A stretch of 64,000 nucleotides of DNA from Bacilli bacterium (lineage in GTDB: Bacteria; Bacillota_I; Bacilli_A; RF39; UBA660). The DNA lies in NCBI GenBank assembly GCA_045541255.1, contig JAZQIU010000006.1, positions 109,504 to 173,503 of the forward strand. Reading direction: 5' to 3'. The position numbers were made by a program, and so were the translations under genes. Shown in pieces: positions 1 to 11,055 of the stretch. Position 1 is the first letter of the stretch. Every line of letters starts with the position of its first letter. The notes below the pieces were generated by a model. The model did no database searches and was not told where the DNA came from. It was given only the letters and a program-made list of their open reading frames with translations.

Positions 1-1
1 T

Positions 2-1993
<1,992 letters not shown>

Positions 1994-2019
1994 TGTCTTT
2001 TTTATATGTATTTTATAAA

Positions 2020-2048
2020 TTGATAAGTTATAAATATTATTGTATAAT
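2020..2048 (+). promoter_or_regulatory. Sigma-A-like promoter upstream of ORF 2072
   Basis: TTGATA (2020-2025), a 17-nt spacer ending in TG, then TATAAT (2043-2048); it lies about 25 nt upstream of the RBS gaggtgg. Confidence 0.45.
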
Positions 2049-2071
2049 GTAAGTATTAAAGAGGTGGAATA

Positions 2072-2548
2072 ATGTTTAAGAAATTAAAGTCTTTTTATAA
2101 GAATAATAGAGTATATTCTATATTAATGATTATATCTATTATTTGTATAGTTGCTATATTGGTTGGTGTTGTTCTATATTTTTTAGGACAAACTAGTAAA
2201 GATAAATATGGTAATAGATTAGAGGGAATAGAAAAAGTTGAAATAAAAGAAAGTAAATTGAATGAAATAGAAAATAAGATAACTGAAAATGAGTTAGTTA
2301 AGAGTACTGAAGTTGTTATAAAAGGGAAATTAGTTTATATAACAATTACTCTTAATACAGGAACTCATGCTGATGCTGAATCTTTAGCTCAAACTTCTTT
2401 AGAATTATTTAGTGAAGAAGAAAAAGCTTTTTATGATATTCAATATATTGTAGATAATAAAGATGAAAAAATAGAAGAAAATTTTCCAGTAATGGGATAT
2501 ATTAAAGCTGGGAATTCAGTTATTAAATGGACTAATTATGTTCAATAG
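2072..2548 (+). CDS. Hypothetical membrane-anchored protein
   Basis: 158-aa ORF preceded by a good RBS (agaggtgg), with a single N-terminal hydrophobic helix. No motif recognised. Confidence 0.5.
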   Translation: MFKKLKSFYKNNRVYSILMIISIICIVAILVGVVLYFLGQTSKDKYGNRLEGIEKVEIKESKLNEIENKITENELVKSTEVVIKGKLVYITITLNTGTHADAESLAQTSLELFSEEEKAFYDIQYIVDNKDEKIEENFPVMGYIKAGNSVIKWTNYVQ

Positions 2549-2556
2549 GTGATATT

Positions 2557-4584
2557 ATGAAAATGAAAAAGATAGTAATTATTTCGATAGTTTCAGTATT
2601 GTTGTTGGGTGGAATTATATTTGGTTTTTATAAATTATTTAAAGATGAAAATAGTTTGACAATTGCTGAAAAAACTTGGATAAGCAATAATAAAAATAGT
2701 GTTTATACAATAAATGTTCCAAATGATATAAATGTTTTTGGAAAGAATGGTGCGGGAGTATTCTTTGATTTTATTAATTCTTTAGATGAAGAATTAAGTT
2801 TAAAATTAAATAGTTCAGTATATTCAATTAATTCTACTAATGATGCTTTAGGATTTAATGTGGATACTAGTTATAATAGTAGAGATTTGTTAGTATATAT
2901 GGATTATTTTGTTTTAATTAGTAAAGATAAAAATAGTGTAGTTAATTTAGATAAAATCTCTGATAAAACTATAGGTATAATTGGTAAAGATTTAAGTTAT
3001 GTTAGTTCTTATTATAGTTTAAGTAATACAATAAAATCTTACGATAGTGGTGATGCGTTATTTAAAGGTTTAGAGGCTAATGAAGTTAGTTATGTTATAG
3101 TTCCTTTAAACCAATATAAAGATACTATAGTTAGTAAATCATATAATGTTAGTTATTTCTTTAATGATGCCAAAGTATATTATTATTTACATTTAGGTAG
3201 TGACGAAACATTAAATTCAATTATTACTAAATACTATAATATTTGGATAAATGACGAATATAATAAGAGTTATAATAGAAATAATTATAATTTATTTATA
3301 AATAGTTTAAAAATAACAGATATACAAGAAGATGAATTAACAGATAAAAGTTATATTTTTGAATATTTAGTTAATCAACCATATCAATTAATATCTAGAG
3401 GTGACTTTACTGGTGTAGTTAGTGAGTATTTAAATTCATTTACTGAGTTTAGTGATATAGAATTTGAATATGCTAAAGTTAAAAAATTTAATAATTTAAA
3501 GAATGATATTAGTAAGAAAAAAATAGATTTATATTTTAATCAATATAATTATTCTAGTAATTATTCAAAGATAAATATTAATTTTAATATAGATTATTAT
3601 TTAATTAGTAATAGAGATGTTAAGTTAAATATAGATAGTTTAAAGTCTTATAATGGTGAAATTTATGTTGAAGAAAATTCTATGCTTTATGAGTATTTAA
3701 GTAATTATAAAAATATTATTATTAAAACATATCCTAAATTAAGTAAAGTTAAAAGTTTATTAAAGAAAAATAATATTGTGTTAGTTGATAAGTTATCTTA
3801 TGATAATTATTTAATTGATAATTTAAGTAATGTGCATAAATTATTAGAGGATACTGTTGATAGTAAAACATATACATTTAATTATAAAAATGGAGAAGAT
3901 ATATTTTATAAATTATTTAGTAGTTATGTTAATACTTTAAATCCAAAAGAAGTAGTTGATGATAGTTTAAATACTTATTTTGAGACATATGAAGCTGGTA
4001 GTAGAACAGTTAAATTAGCTAGATATATTATTATGTTAATAATTGTATTGTTAATTGGAGCATATTTATTAATTAAGTCTAAAAAAAGAATTGTTTTAAA
4101 TACTAAAGTTAAAAATAATGAAAAAATTAGATATGTAGATATGTTAACTAGTTTAAAAAATAGAAATTATTTAAATGATAGAATGGAAATCTGGAACCAA
4201 AATACTGTGTACCCTCAAGCTGTTATTGTATTAGATTTAAACAATGTTAAATATTTAAATGATACATTTGGTCATGAAGAAGGGGATAAACAAATTAAAG
4301 CTGCTGCTAATGCTTTATTTAAAACACAATTAGATAATACTGAGTTATTAAGAACTGATGGTAATGAGTTTATGATTTATTTAGTAGGTTATAGTGAAAA
4401 GCAAGTAGTTAGTTACATTAAAAAGTTATTAAAAGAATTTAAAAAATTGCCTTATGAATATGGTGTTGCAATTGGATTTAGTATGATTAATGATGATTTG
4501 AAGTTGGTTGAAGATGCATTCAACGAAGCGATGTTAATGATGAGAAAAAATAAGAGCGCTTTTGAGGGTAATGATGATAAATAA
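2557..4584 (+). CDS. Membrane sensor protein with large extracytoplasmic region and degenerate GGDEF domain
   Basis: 675 aa: N-terminal TM, long Asn/Tyr-rich external region, second TM (IIMLIIVLLIGAYLLI), then a GGDEF-family C-terminus (DMLTSLKNRNYL..., LDLNNVKYLNDTFGHEEGD). The signature reads DGNEF rather than GGDEF/GGEEF. Confidence 0.7.
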   Translation: MKMKKIVIISIVSVLLLGGIIFGFYKLFKDENSLTIAEKTWISNNKNSVYTINVPNDINVFGKNGAGVFFDFINSLDEELSLKLNSSVYSINSTNDALGFNVDTSYNSRDLLVYMDYFVLISKDKNSVVNLDKISDKTIGIIGKDLSYVSSYYSLSNTIKSYDSGDALFKGLEANEVSYVIVPLNQYKDTIVSKSYNVSYFFNDAKVYYYLHLGSDETLNSIITKYYNIWINDEYNKSYNRNNYNLFINSLKITDIQEDELTDKSYIFEYLVNQPYQLISRGDFTGVVSEYLNSFTEFSDIEFEYAKVKKFNNLKNDISKKKIDLYFNQYNYSSNYSKININFNIDYYLISNRDVKLNIDSLKSYNGEIYVEENSMLYEYLSNYKNIIIKTYPKLSKVKSLLKKNNIVLVDKLSYDNYLIDNLSNVHKLLEDTVDSKTYTFNYKNGEDIFYKLFSSYVNTLNPKEVVDDSLNTYFETYEAGSRTVKLARYIIMLIIVLLIGAYLLIKSKKRIVLNTKVKNNEKIRYVDMLTSLKNRNYLNDRMEIWNQNTVYPQAVIVLDLNNVKYLNDTFGHEEGDKQIKAAANALFKTQLDNTELLRTDGNEFMIYLVGYSEKQVVSYIKKLLKEFKKLPYEYGVAIGFSMINDDLKLVEDAFNEAMLMMRKNKSAFEGNDDK

Positions 4585-5452
4585 AATTGTTAATTTGTTA
4601 TCGAAAGTATTTAAAAAGCCAAAGAAATATTTTAAAGACTTTTTTGGCAAAGTTTGGGAGATCTTATTTAAACCTGAGACATTAATTTTACCAGGGCAGT
4701 TAGCATTCTTTGTGATTTTAAGTTTTATACCATTGTTGTCAATAGTTAGTTGGATAGGTGGTTTACTAGGGGTTACTGTGGAAAGTGTAACAAGTCTTTT
4801 AGGACAAATTTTTACAACTGTTAACTTTGATTGGATAGTGCCTAATTTACAAACAACAGTGATAAGTTTAAAATATATTATTATACTTGGAGTGATGTTT
4901 TATATTGCTGCAGGTGGTGCCAATAGTATAATTATTGCTAGCAATCAAATTTATGGTATTAAGCAAAGTAATTATTTTAAAAGAAGAATTAAAGCTATGT
5001 GGATGACATTAATGTTATGTTTACTTTATGTCTTTGTGCTTTTGGTTCCATTACTTGGAAATAAAATTATATCAAGTTTTAATTATTTTGATTTAAAAAT
5101 TATTATAGATCCTATACTTACAATTGTAAGAGGACCGATATCGTGGATTATAGTATATTTCTTTGTTAAATCAATTTATGTTATAGCGCCTGATAAAGAT
5201 GTTAATCATAAAGGATTTAATTTAGGAGCTATGTTTACTACTGTATTTTGGGTAATATTAACTTATATATATAGTGGATGGATAAATAATTTTGCTTCTT
5301 ATGCTACTTATTACGGTAGTTTAAGTAATATAGCAATATTAATGTTGTGGTTATATTGGTTATGTTTTATATTTGTAATTGGGTTATGTTTAAATGTTAA
5401 AGTAGAGAATGAAGAATTGGAAAAAACTGGTGTAATAAAAAATCAAGAATAA
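4571..5452 (+). CDS. YihY/BrkB (virulence factor BrkB / RNase BN-like) family membrane protein
   Basis: Polytopic membrane ORF with the family-typical N-terminal LAFFVILSFIPLL segment. The first ATG (4571) overlaps the end of the upstream gene; the ORF track starts at TTG 4562. Confidence 0.6.
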   Translation: MMINKIVNLLSKVFKKPKKYFKDFFGKVWEILFKPETLILPGQLAFFVILSFIPLLSIVSWIGGLLGVTVESVTSLLGQIFTTVNFDWIVPNLQTTVISLKYIIILGVMFYIAAGGANSIIIASNQIYGIKQSNYFKRRIKAMWMTLMLCLLYVFVLLVPLLGNKIISSFNYFDLKIIIDPILTIVRGPISWIIVYFFVKSIYVIAPDKDVNHKGFNLGAMFTTVFWVILTYIYSGWINNFASYATYYGSLSNIAILMLWLYWLCFIFVIGLCLNVKVENEELEKTGVIKNQE

Positions 5453-5554
5453 ACAATAATAATATTGTACTCACGAGTATTATTTGAGTACTATAGACTA
5501 CAATATTAAAATAGTTTGAAGTTTGAACTAAATGATATTGTGGGGTAATACTTG

Positions 5555-5587
5555 AGAAACACATTCAATTATGTGTTTCTTTTTTTG
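5555..5587 (+). terminator. Rho-independent terminator
   Basis: Perfect 10-bp stem agaaacacat / atgtgtttct with a 6-nt loop, followed by a T-run. Confidence 0.6.
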
Positions 5588-5662
5588 TAAACTAATGTTA
5601 GATATAAGGTATTGTTTTTTGTTATATATGTTATAATAATTTTGATAAGGGCGTGATTTTGG

Positions 5663-6409
5663 ATGAAAAATATAACATTTAAAAATCTAGATATTACAAT
5701 TAATTCTGGTGAATTAGTTGGTATTATTGGTCCTAATGCTTCAGGTAAGACTTGTCTTTTAAGAATGATTTCTGGAAGAATACAAAATGATTATATAAAT
5801 ATAGATGAAAAAAATATAAATAATTATAGTTTAGAATATAAAAGACATAATATAGTATGTGTTTTTGATGATAATATATATAATACATGTAGTGTTAGAA
5901 ATGAATTAAAGTATTATTTAGAAAAATTATATTTAGAAAAAGAAGAAATAAATAATAGAATTGATAATTTTATTGAATATTTTAATTTAGAAAATTTAAT
6001 AGATTTAGATTTTATTAATGTTAGTACTGAGAAAAGAATTTTTATTAAAGTATTATCATTATTAATAATTGAACCTAGTTTATTTTGTATAGATGATTTA
6101 TTAACATATTTAAGTAAAGATAAAAAAATTAAAATATTAAATTATATTAAAGATAAAAATATTACTTTTTTAAATGTAACAAATGATATGGAAGAACTTT
6201 TATTATTAGATAAAGTTTTAATATTAAATAAAGGTAAAAAAGTTATTTATGATAAGACTGTAAATGTTTTAGAGAATGAGAGCTTGTTTAAAGAATTAGG
6301 TATTTCATTGCCATTTATATATGATATAAATAATATGCTTAAAGATTATGATTTAATTAATGAGAATCATATTGTATATAGAGAGTTGGTGGATTTATTA
6401 TGGAAATAA
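5663..6409 (+). CDS. ABC-type ATPase (EcfA-like, divergent)
   Basis: Walker A is GPNASGKT. The signature region is degenerate (VSTEKR) and Walker B-like reads FCIDDLL. It sits directly upstream of a second ATPase-like ORF and truA, as ecfA1-ecfA2 do in Firmicutes. Confidence 0.7.
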   Translation: MKNITFKNLDITINSGELVGIIGPNASGKTCLLRMISGRIQNDYINIDEKNINNYSLEYKRHNIVCVFDDNIYNTCSVRNELKYYLEKLYLEKEEINNRIDNFIEYFNLENLIDLDFINVSTEKRIFIKVLSLLIIEPSLFCIDDLLTYLSKDKKIKILNYIKDKNITFLNVTNDMEELLLLDKVLILNKGKKVIYDKTVNVLENESLFKELGISLPFIYDINNMLKDYDLINENHIVYRELVDLLWK

Positions 6410-7032
6410 TGTTTAGTAATAAGTCTAGTGAACTTATAAAGAAAAATACTGTAACTGGTATATATGGTGATAAAATTGATTTAGTTAAATGCGGTTTTGA
6501 GTTTGATGGTATTCTTTATGATGATGAATGGACTGTTAAAAGATTTTTAAATGGATATAAGTTAAAAATAGATGAAAGAATATTAGAAATATTTAGTGAG
6601 TTAGAAATTAGTTATAGTTTATTAAAAAGGAAAATAAAAACATTAAGTAAATCACAATTAAAATTAATTTTTTTAACATATAGTATTTTAAATAAACAAA
6701 ATATTTTAGTATTAGATTATTTTGATAAAGGGTTATCATTTAAAGTGAAAAAAAGAATTATTAATTTTTTGAAAACAAGATATAAAGGTAGTATAATTGT
6801 TATAAGTAATGATATAGTATTTTTAGATTTGTTGTGTAGTTATTTAATAGTTTTTGAAAATGATAAAATAATTTTTAATGATGAGTTTAATAATGTTTAT
6901 AAGAGTAGGGTTAAGATAGAATATCCTGAAATTATAAAATTTATAAGAGTTGCTAATAAGTCTGATGCTAAATTATCATATACTGTTGACAATAAGGAGT
7001 TGCTTAAAGATATTTATAGGAGTGTAAGATGA
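6400..7032 (+). CDS. Degenerate ABC ATPase-like protein (EcfA2 position)
   Basis: 210 aa overlapping the upstream ATPase gene. It has a signature-like LSKSQ and Walker B-like ILVLDYFD but no recognisable Walker A (GIYGDKID). Confidence 0.45.
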   Translation: MEIMFSNKSSELIKKNTVTGIYGDKIDLVKCGFEFDGILYDDEWTVKRFLNGYKLKIDERILEIFSELEISYSLLKRKIKTLSKSQLKLIFLTYSILNKQNILVLDYFDKGLSFKVKKRIINFLKTRYKGSIIVISNDIVFLDLLCSYLIVFENDKIIFNDEFNNVYKSRVKIEYPEIIKFIRVANKSDAKLSYTVDNKELLKDIYRSVR

Positions 7033-7751
7033 GATATTTAATTACTGTTTCTTATGATGGAAGCAAATACTATGGTTTTCAAAGATTAAATAAAGAAAAG
7101 TCAGTACAATGTGAGTTAGAAAGAGCGTTAAGTAAAATTAATAAATGTGAAGTTTTAGTAAAAGGAGCTGGTAGAACTGATAGAGGTGTGCATGCAAAAG
7201 GACAATGTTGTCATTTTGATTTAGATGTAAATATTCCTCCTGAACGATTAATTAATGCTGTTAATTCTTTATTGGATAAATATATTAGAGTAGTTGATTG
7301 TAAGTGTGTTGATAAAGAATTTCATGCTAGGTTTGATGTAAAAGAAAAAACTTATAAATATATTATAAATATGGGAGAGTTTGAGCCGATTAAAGAAGAT
7401 TATATTTATAATTATGGATATAAATTAAATATAAAAAATATGAAGAAAGCTAGTAGGTATTTAATAGGGAAACATTCTTATAAAGTATTTGTTAGTGGAG
7501 AAAGAGAAAATTATAACAGTGAGATTTTTAAAGTTAGCTTTGATTGCTATGATAATTATTTAGCTATAACTTTTGTTGGTAAAAGTTTTTATAGATATAT
7601 GGTTAGAAATATGGTAGGAGCTTTAATTTTGGTTGGTAGAGGTAAAATAAGTTGTGAAGAATTTAGAAATATGATAGATAGTGATGAAAATAAATATACT
7701 TATATGACTGTACCAGCTAATGGATTATATTTAGAAAGTATAAAGTATTAG
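7029..7751 (+). CDS. truA: tRNA pseudouridine(38-40) synthase
   Basis: 240 aa with the catalytic motif GAGRTDRGVHA and a YxGFQ-like N-terminus (YDGSKYYGFQ). Confidence 0.9.
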   Translation: MRYLITVSYDGSKYYGFQRLNKEKSVQCELERALSKINKCEVLVKGAGRTDRGVHAKGQCCHFDLDVNIPPERLINAVNSLLDKYIRVVDCKCVDKEFHARFDVKEKTYKYIINMGEFEPIKEDYIYNYGYKLNIKNMKKASRYLIGKHSYKVFVSGERENYNSEIFKVSFDCYDNYLAITFVGKSFYRYMVRNMVGALILVGRGKISCEEFRNMIDSDENKYTYMTVPANGLYLESIKY

Positions 7752-7759
7752 GTGATAGT

Positions 7760-8131
7760 ATGAAAAAAAATGGTTTTACTTTAATTGAATTAATTACAGT
7801 TATTGCTTTACTTAGTATAGTTAGTGTTATTTTGATACCTAAAATAAGTGATATGTTTCAAACTTCTAAAGCAGACCAATTAGAAGATGTTAGACAAGAA
7901 GTAGTGACTGCTACCGAAGTTTATTTGAATAGTTCTTGCGGTAGTGAAAATTATGATAAATTAATTAGGGAAGATAATATAAAAATTTATCTAAGTAGCA
8001 TTAGAGATTGTGCATTAATTGATAATAAGATATATAATCCAATGAGTGGTGAATACTTTGATATTGATAATGAATATGTTGATGTTTTTATTGATGAAGT
8101 AGGAATGATTGATTACAATTTAAGTTTTTAA
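7760..8131 (+). CDS. Type IV pilin / ComGC-like pseudopilin
   Basis: N-terminal prepilin peptidase motif MKKNG/FTLIELITVIALLSIV (G-F-T-L-I-E) followed by a hydrophobic helix. No assembly genes are nearby. Confidence 0.8.
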   Translation: MKKNGFTLIELITVIALLSIVSVILIPKISDMFQTSKADQLEDVRQEVVTATEVYLNSSCGSENYDKLIREDNIKIYLSSIRDCALIDNKIYNPMSGEYFDIDNEYVDVFIDEVGMIDYNLSF

Positions 8132-8190
8132 TCATTCTTTTTTTGTATAAAAAATAAAAATAAGTTAAAAATATAAATGGAGGAATTTAT

Positions 8191-8628
8191 ATGGATGAAA
8201 CACAAGAATTATTAACTTATTTGTATCAAGATGCGGATATGGCATTAAACAGTTTAACTTTATTAATAAATAAAATTAATAAAAAAGATAATAAAATTAA
8301 AAAAGTTATAGAAGGTTTGATTAAAGGTTATGAAAATTATTTAGTAAAAGTAAAAGATTATATGAAACAAAATAATTATGATATTCAATCTAAGCCTTTA
8401 ATTAGTAAAATGGGAGCATATTTTGGTATTAATATGGAAGTTATGAAAGACAATAGTGATTCAAGGCTTGCAGATATGTTGATTCAAGGATTAACAATGG
8501 GTGTATTAAATGTTACAAAAAAAATTGATACTTATAAAGGTGATGCTGAAAAAGAAGTTATAGGTTTAGCAAAAGAATTTAAAAAATTCCAACAAGAAGG
8601 AATTGAATTTTTGAAAAAGTATTTATAA
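8191..8628 (+). CDS. Hypothetical helical protein
   Basis: 145-aa ORF with RBS ggagg; no motif recognised. Confidence 0.45.
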   Translation: MDETQELLTYLYQDADMALNSLTLLINKINKKDNKIKKVIEGLIKGYENYLVKVKDYMKQNNYDIQSKPLISKMGAYFGINMEVMKDNSDSRLADMLIQGLTMGVLNVTKKIDTYKGDAEKEVIGLAKEFKKFQQEGIEFLKKYL

Positions 8629-8669
8629 CAAGTTATATAACGCTTGTTATTTTTTTATAAATAAAAAAA

Positions 8670-9218
8670 TTAAAGTTTAAAATCTTTAATTTCATCATCA
8701 AACATGTTCTTTCCATCAAAATAATTTCTAACTTTAATTCTATGAATTTTTGCTATTAAGTTAGATGGAAACTTTTTAATAATTAAGTTTATTTCTGTAG
8801 TATATTTATTGAAAAATGATTTTGCTGCATCTAATATTTCATCACTATCTTTTAAATCGTTTAATATTGTATTATACTCTTCGTTATCTTCTAATGATTG
8901 ATAGTCATTTTTAACTTTATGAATTAAGTTTTCTCCCTCGGTTATTTTTCTATCTAATTCAAAGTTGGATATATTATCTTTTTTTAATTTTTCTAAATCT
9001 TTGAAATATGATACTTCTTTTTTTAACAATTTATTTATAATTGATGAACTTCTCATAACTAAATCATATTTATTTCTTAATTCATTGTCTATAATACTTT
9101 CAGCTTCATTGATTTTTATATTCATTTCTTGTAATTTATTGTATTTAAAAATATATTGTATAACTATTATTCCTATTAATATTATTGCAATTAAAATTAT
9201 AACTAATGCTAACTTCAT
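8670..9218 (-). CDS. LemA family protein
   Basis: N-terminal TM followed by YNKLQ..., and a C-terminal ...FNKYTTEINLIIKKFPSNLIA pattern typical of LemA. The + strand ORF 8965-9237 is an antisense shadow. Confidence 0.65.
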   Translation of the reverse strand: MKLALVIILIAIILIGIIVIQYIFKYNKLQEMNIKINEAESIIDNELRNKYDLVMRSSSIINKLLKKEVSYFKDLEKLKKDNISNFELDRKITEGENLIHKVKNDYQSLEDNEEYNTILNDLKDSDEILDAAKSFFNKYTTEINLIIKKFPSNLIAKIHRIKVRNYFDGKNMFDDEIKDFKL

Positions 9219-9286
9219 ATTATCACCTACTATTTAATTATAGCATAAGAGTTTGAATTATTGTAAAATAAATATTAGGTGATAAT

Positions 9287-9802
9287 ATGAAAATAAAAAC
9301 TGTTATAGTTGGTGAGTTAGAAACTAATTGTTATATAGTAGAAAATGAAGATAGTTGTTTAATTATAGATCCAGGAGATGAGTTTTTAAAAATAAAGAAT
9401 AATATAGATAAAAAAGTGATAGGGGTTTTATTAACTCATAGACACTTTGATCATGTTGGGGCATTAGAAGAAATTGTAGACTATTATAATGTTCCCATCT
9501 ATGATAAAAATAATCTAAGTAACGGAGTAAATAAAATAGGTGATTTTGAACTAATTGTCAATTATAATCCTGGGCATACATTAGATTCTATAAGTTTTAT
9601 TTTTGATAATATTATGTTTAGTGGTGATTTTATTTTTAGAGGGTGTATAGGTCGTACAGATTTGGGAGGAGATTTTAATTTAATGAAAGAAAGTATTAGA
9701 GAAATTTTAGCTAGTACTGTTAATTATAAAATTTATCCAGGTCATGGTGAAATTACAATGTTAAATGATGAGAGAGAAATGTTAAGTTATTATTTAAAAT
9801 AA
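9287..9802 (+). CDS. MBL-fold metallo-hydrolase
   Basis: HxHxDH motif (THRHFDHVGA) plus downstream PGHT and GH metal ligands. Confidence 0.85.
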   Translation: MKIKTVIVGELETNCYIVENEDSCLIIDPGDEFLKIKNNIDKKVIGVLLTHRHFDHVGALEEIVDYYNVPIYDKNNLSNGVNKIGDFELIVNYNPGHTLDSISFIFDNIMFSGDFIFRGCIGRTDLGGDFNLMKESIREILASTVNYKIYPGHGEITMLNDEREMLSYYLK

Positions 9803-9827
9803 AAAAAGTTATCCGTTTGGATAATTT

Positions 9828-10157
9828 TTAAATGTTATAGTTTATTTTTTCATCGAATTCTACAAAGTTTAGATATATCATAAGAATTAAATACCATTTT
9901 CCAGTTTCGGGATTACTTATAATTAAATGATCTCTTCCTGCTTGTTCTATTATTCCGTTATAAATTGAATCTTTCCAGTCTAGAGAATCAGGATAACTTA
10001 CATATGCTTTTACTTTTTTTCCTCTATTAAGTCTTAAAATATTTTCTATGTAACTTTGTTCCATTGTTAATTCAGTTCCAACTGGTACTATATTATCGGT
10101 ATAATTATTTGTTGCTGCAGTTGGAAATGTTGGATTTTGGTAGTATGTACCGTTCAT
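9828..10157 (-). CDS. gerQ: Spore coat protein GerQ-like
   Basis: The C-terminal region SYIENILRLNRGKKVKAYVSY...GIIEQAGRDHLIISNPETGKWYLILMIYLNFVEFDE matches my recollection of the conserved GerQ/YwdL core. Confidence 0.65.
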   Translation of the reverse strand: MNGTYYQNPTFPTAATNNYTDNIVPVGTELTMEQSYIENILRLNRGKKVKAYVSYPDSLDWKDSIYNGIIEQAGRDHLIISNPETGKWYLILMIYLNFVEFDEKINYNI

Positions 10158-10265
10158 TTCTTCACCTCTAATTAAATATATGTAAGTTTTTTAGATATAA
10201 TTCATTAGAATTTTATTGAATATGTTTTAAAATTCTTATAAAATAAGATTTATGAAAGAAGTGAT

Positions 10266-10976
10266 ATGATGTATTTATATGAAAAACAGAAAAGTACTAT
10301 TGATGTTTATGAATTAAAAGAGAACCAGAAAAAACTAATAGAATTTAAACGAAGAGAGATGGCAAAAAAATCTAAAAATGATATAGTTTATAAATTTTTA
10401 TTGACTGATGCAGATGGGTTAAAAGGTATAGACTATTTAGATGCTATTACAAATGTAGATATAATTAGTCATGAAAAAAAAATACAAAAGTCAAAAGAAT
10501 TAAACGGTAAAACTGTTTTACAAAATTTATCTTGTGAAAATTTGGATGATAAAATTATCATAGATGGATTATTAGAGCAATATTATAAAGGAGATTTGGA
10601 GAATTCATCTATAAAGAAATTAATGCAAGATGGTGTAGCGGTTAAGTATTTGCTTTTAACTACTTATACAAAACATGTAATAAAAAAGGAAAGTTTATTA
10701 TTTAATGGTATTTATGAGTTGCCTTATATTTTATCTTTACCAGAATCTTTAGTTCTGTTGAGAGAACTTAGAAATAAAATTTTTAATGATATATGTGATA
10801 AAAATATTTATGGGCAATTAGCAACATTTGATTTCGTTGATGAACCGATTGCTAGTTATGATATTGAAACCATTAATTGTATGATAAATTTTGGTTTATT
10901 AAATCAAAAAATTAATGATAATGATTTTGATATTCATCAAAAAATATTAAATAAAGTTAGACAGGTTAATAAATAG
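10266..10976 (+). CDS. Hypothetical protein
   Basis: 236-aa ORF; no motif recognised. Confidence 0.45.
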   Translation: MMYLYEKQKSTIDVYELKENQKKLIEFKRREMAKKSKNDIVYKFLLTDADGLKGIDYLDAITNVDIISHEKKIQKSKELNGKTVLQNLSCENLDDKIIIDGLLEQYYKGDLENSSIKKLMQDGVAVKYLLLTTYTKHVIKKESLLFNGIYELPYILSLPESLVLLRELRNKIFNDICDKNIYGQLATFDFVDEPIASYDIETINCMINFGLLNQKINDNDFDIHQKILNKVRQVNK

Positions 10977-11055
10977 TCTAATTTTAAACTTATAATTTTT
11001 ATTGCAATTTTGTTTATTTCTCGGTATACTAGTGAACGAAAGAAGTTGATTATTT

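Noticed and set aside
5467-5491. Hairpin GTACTCA-11 nt-TGAGTAC after the YihY-family gene, as a terminator or small RNA
   Set aside because: No T-run follows it, and a much better terminator lies at 5555-5587. There is not enough evidence for an sRNA in the gap of about 130 nt.
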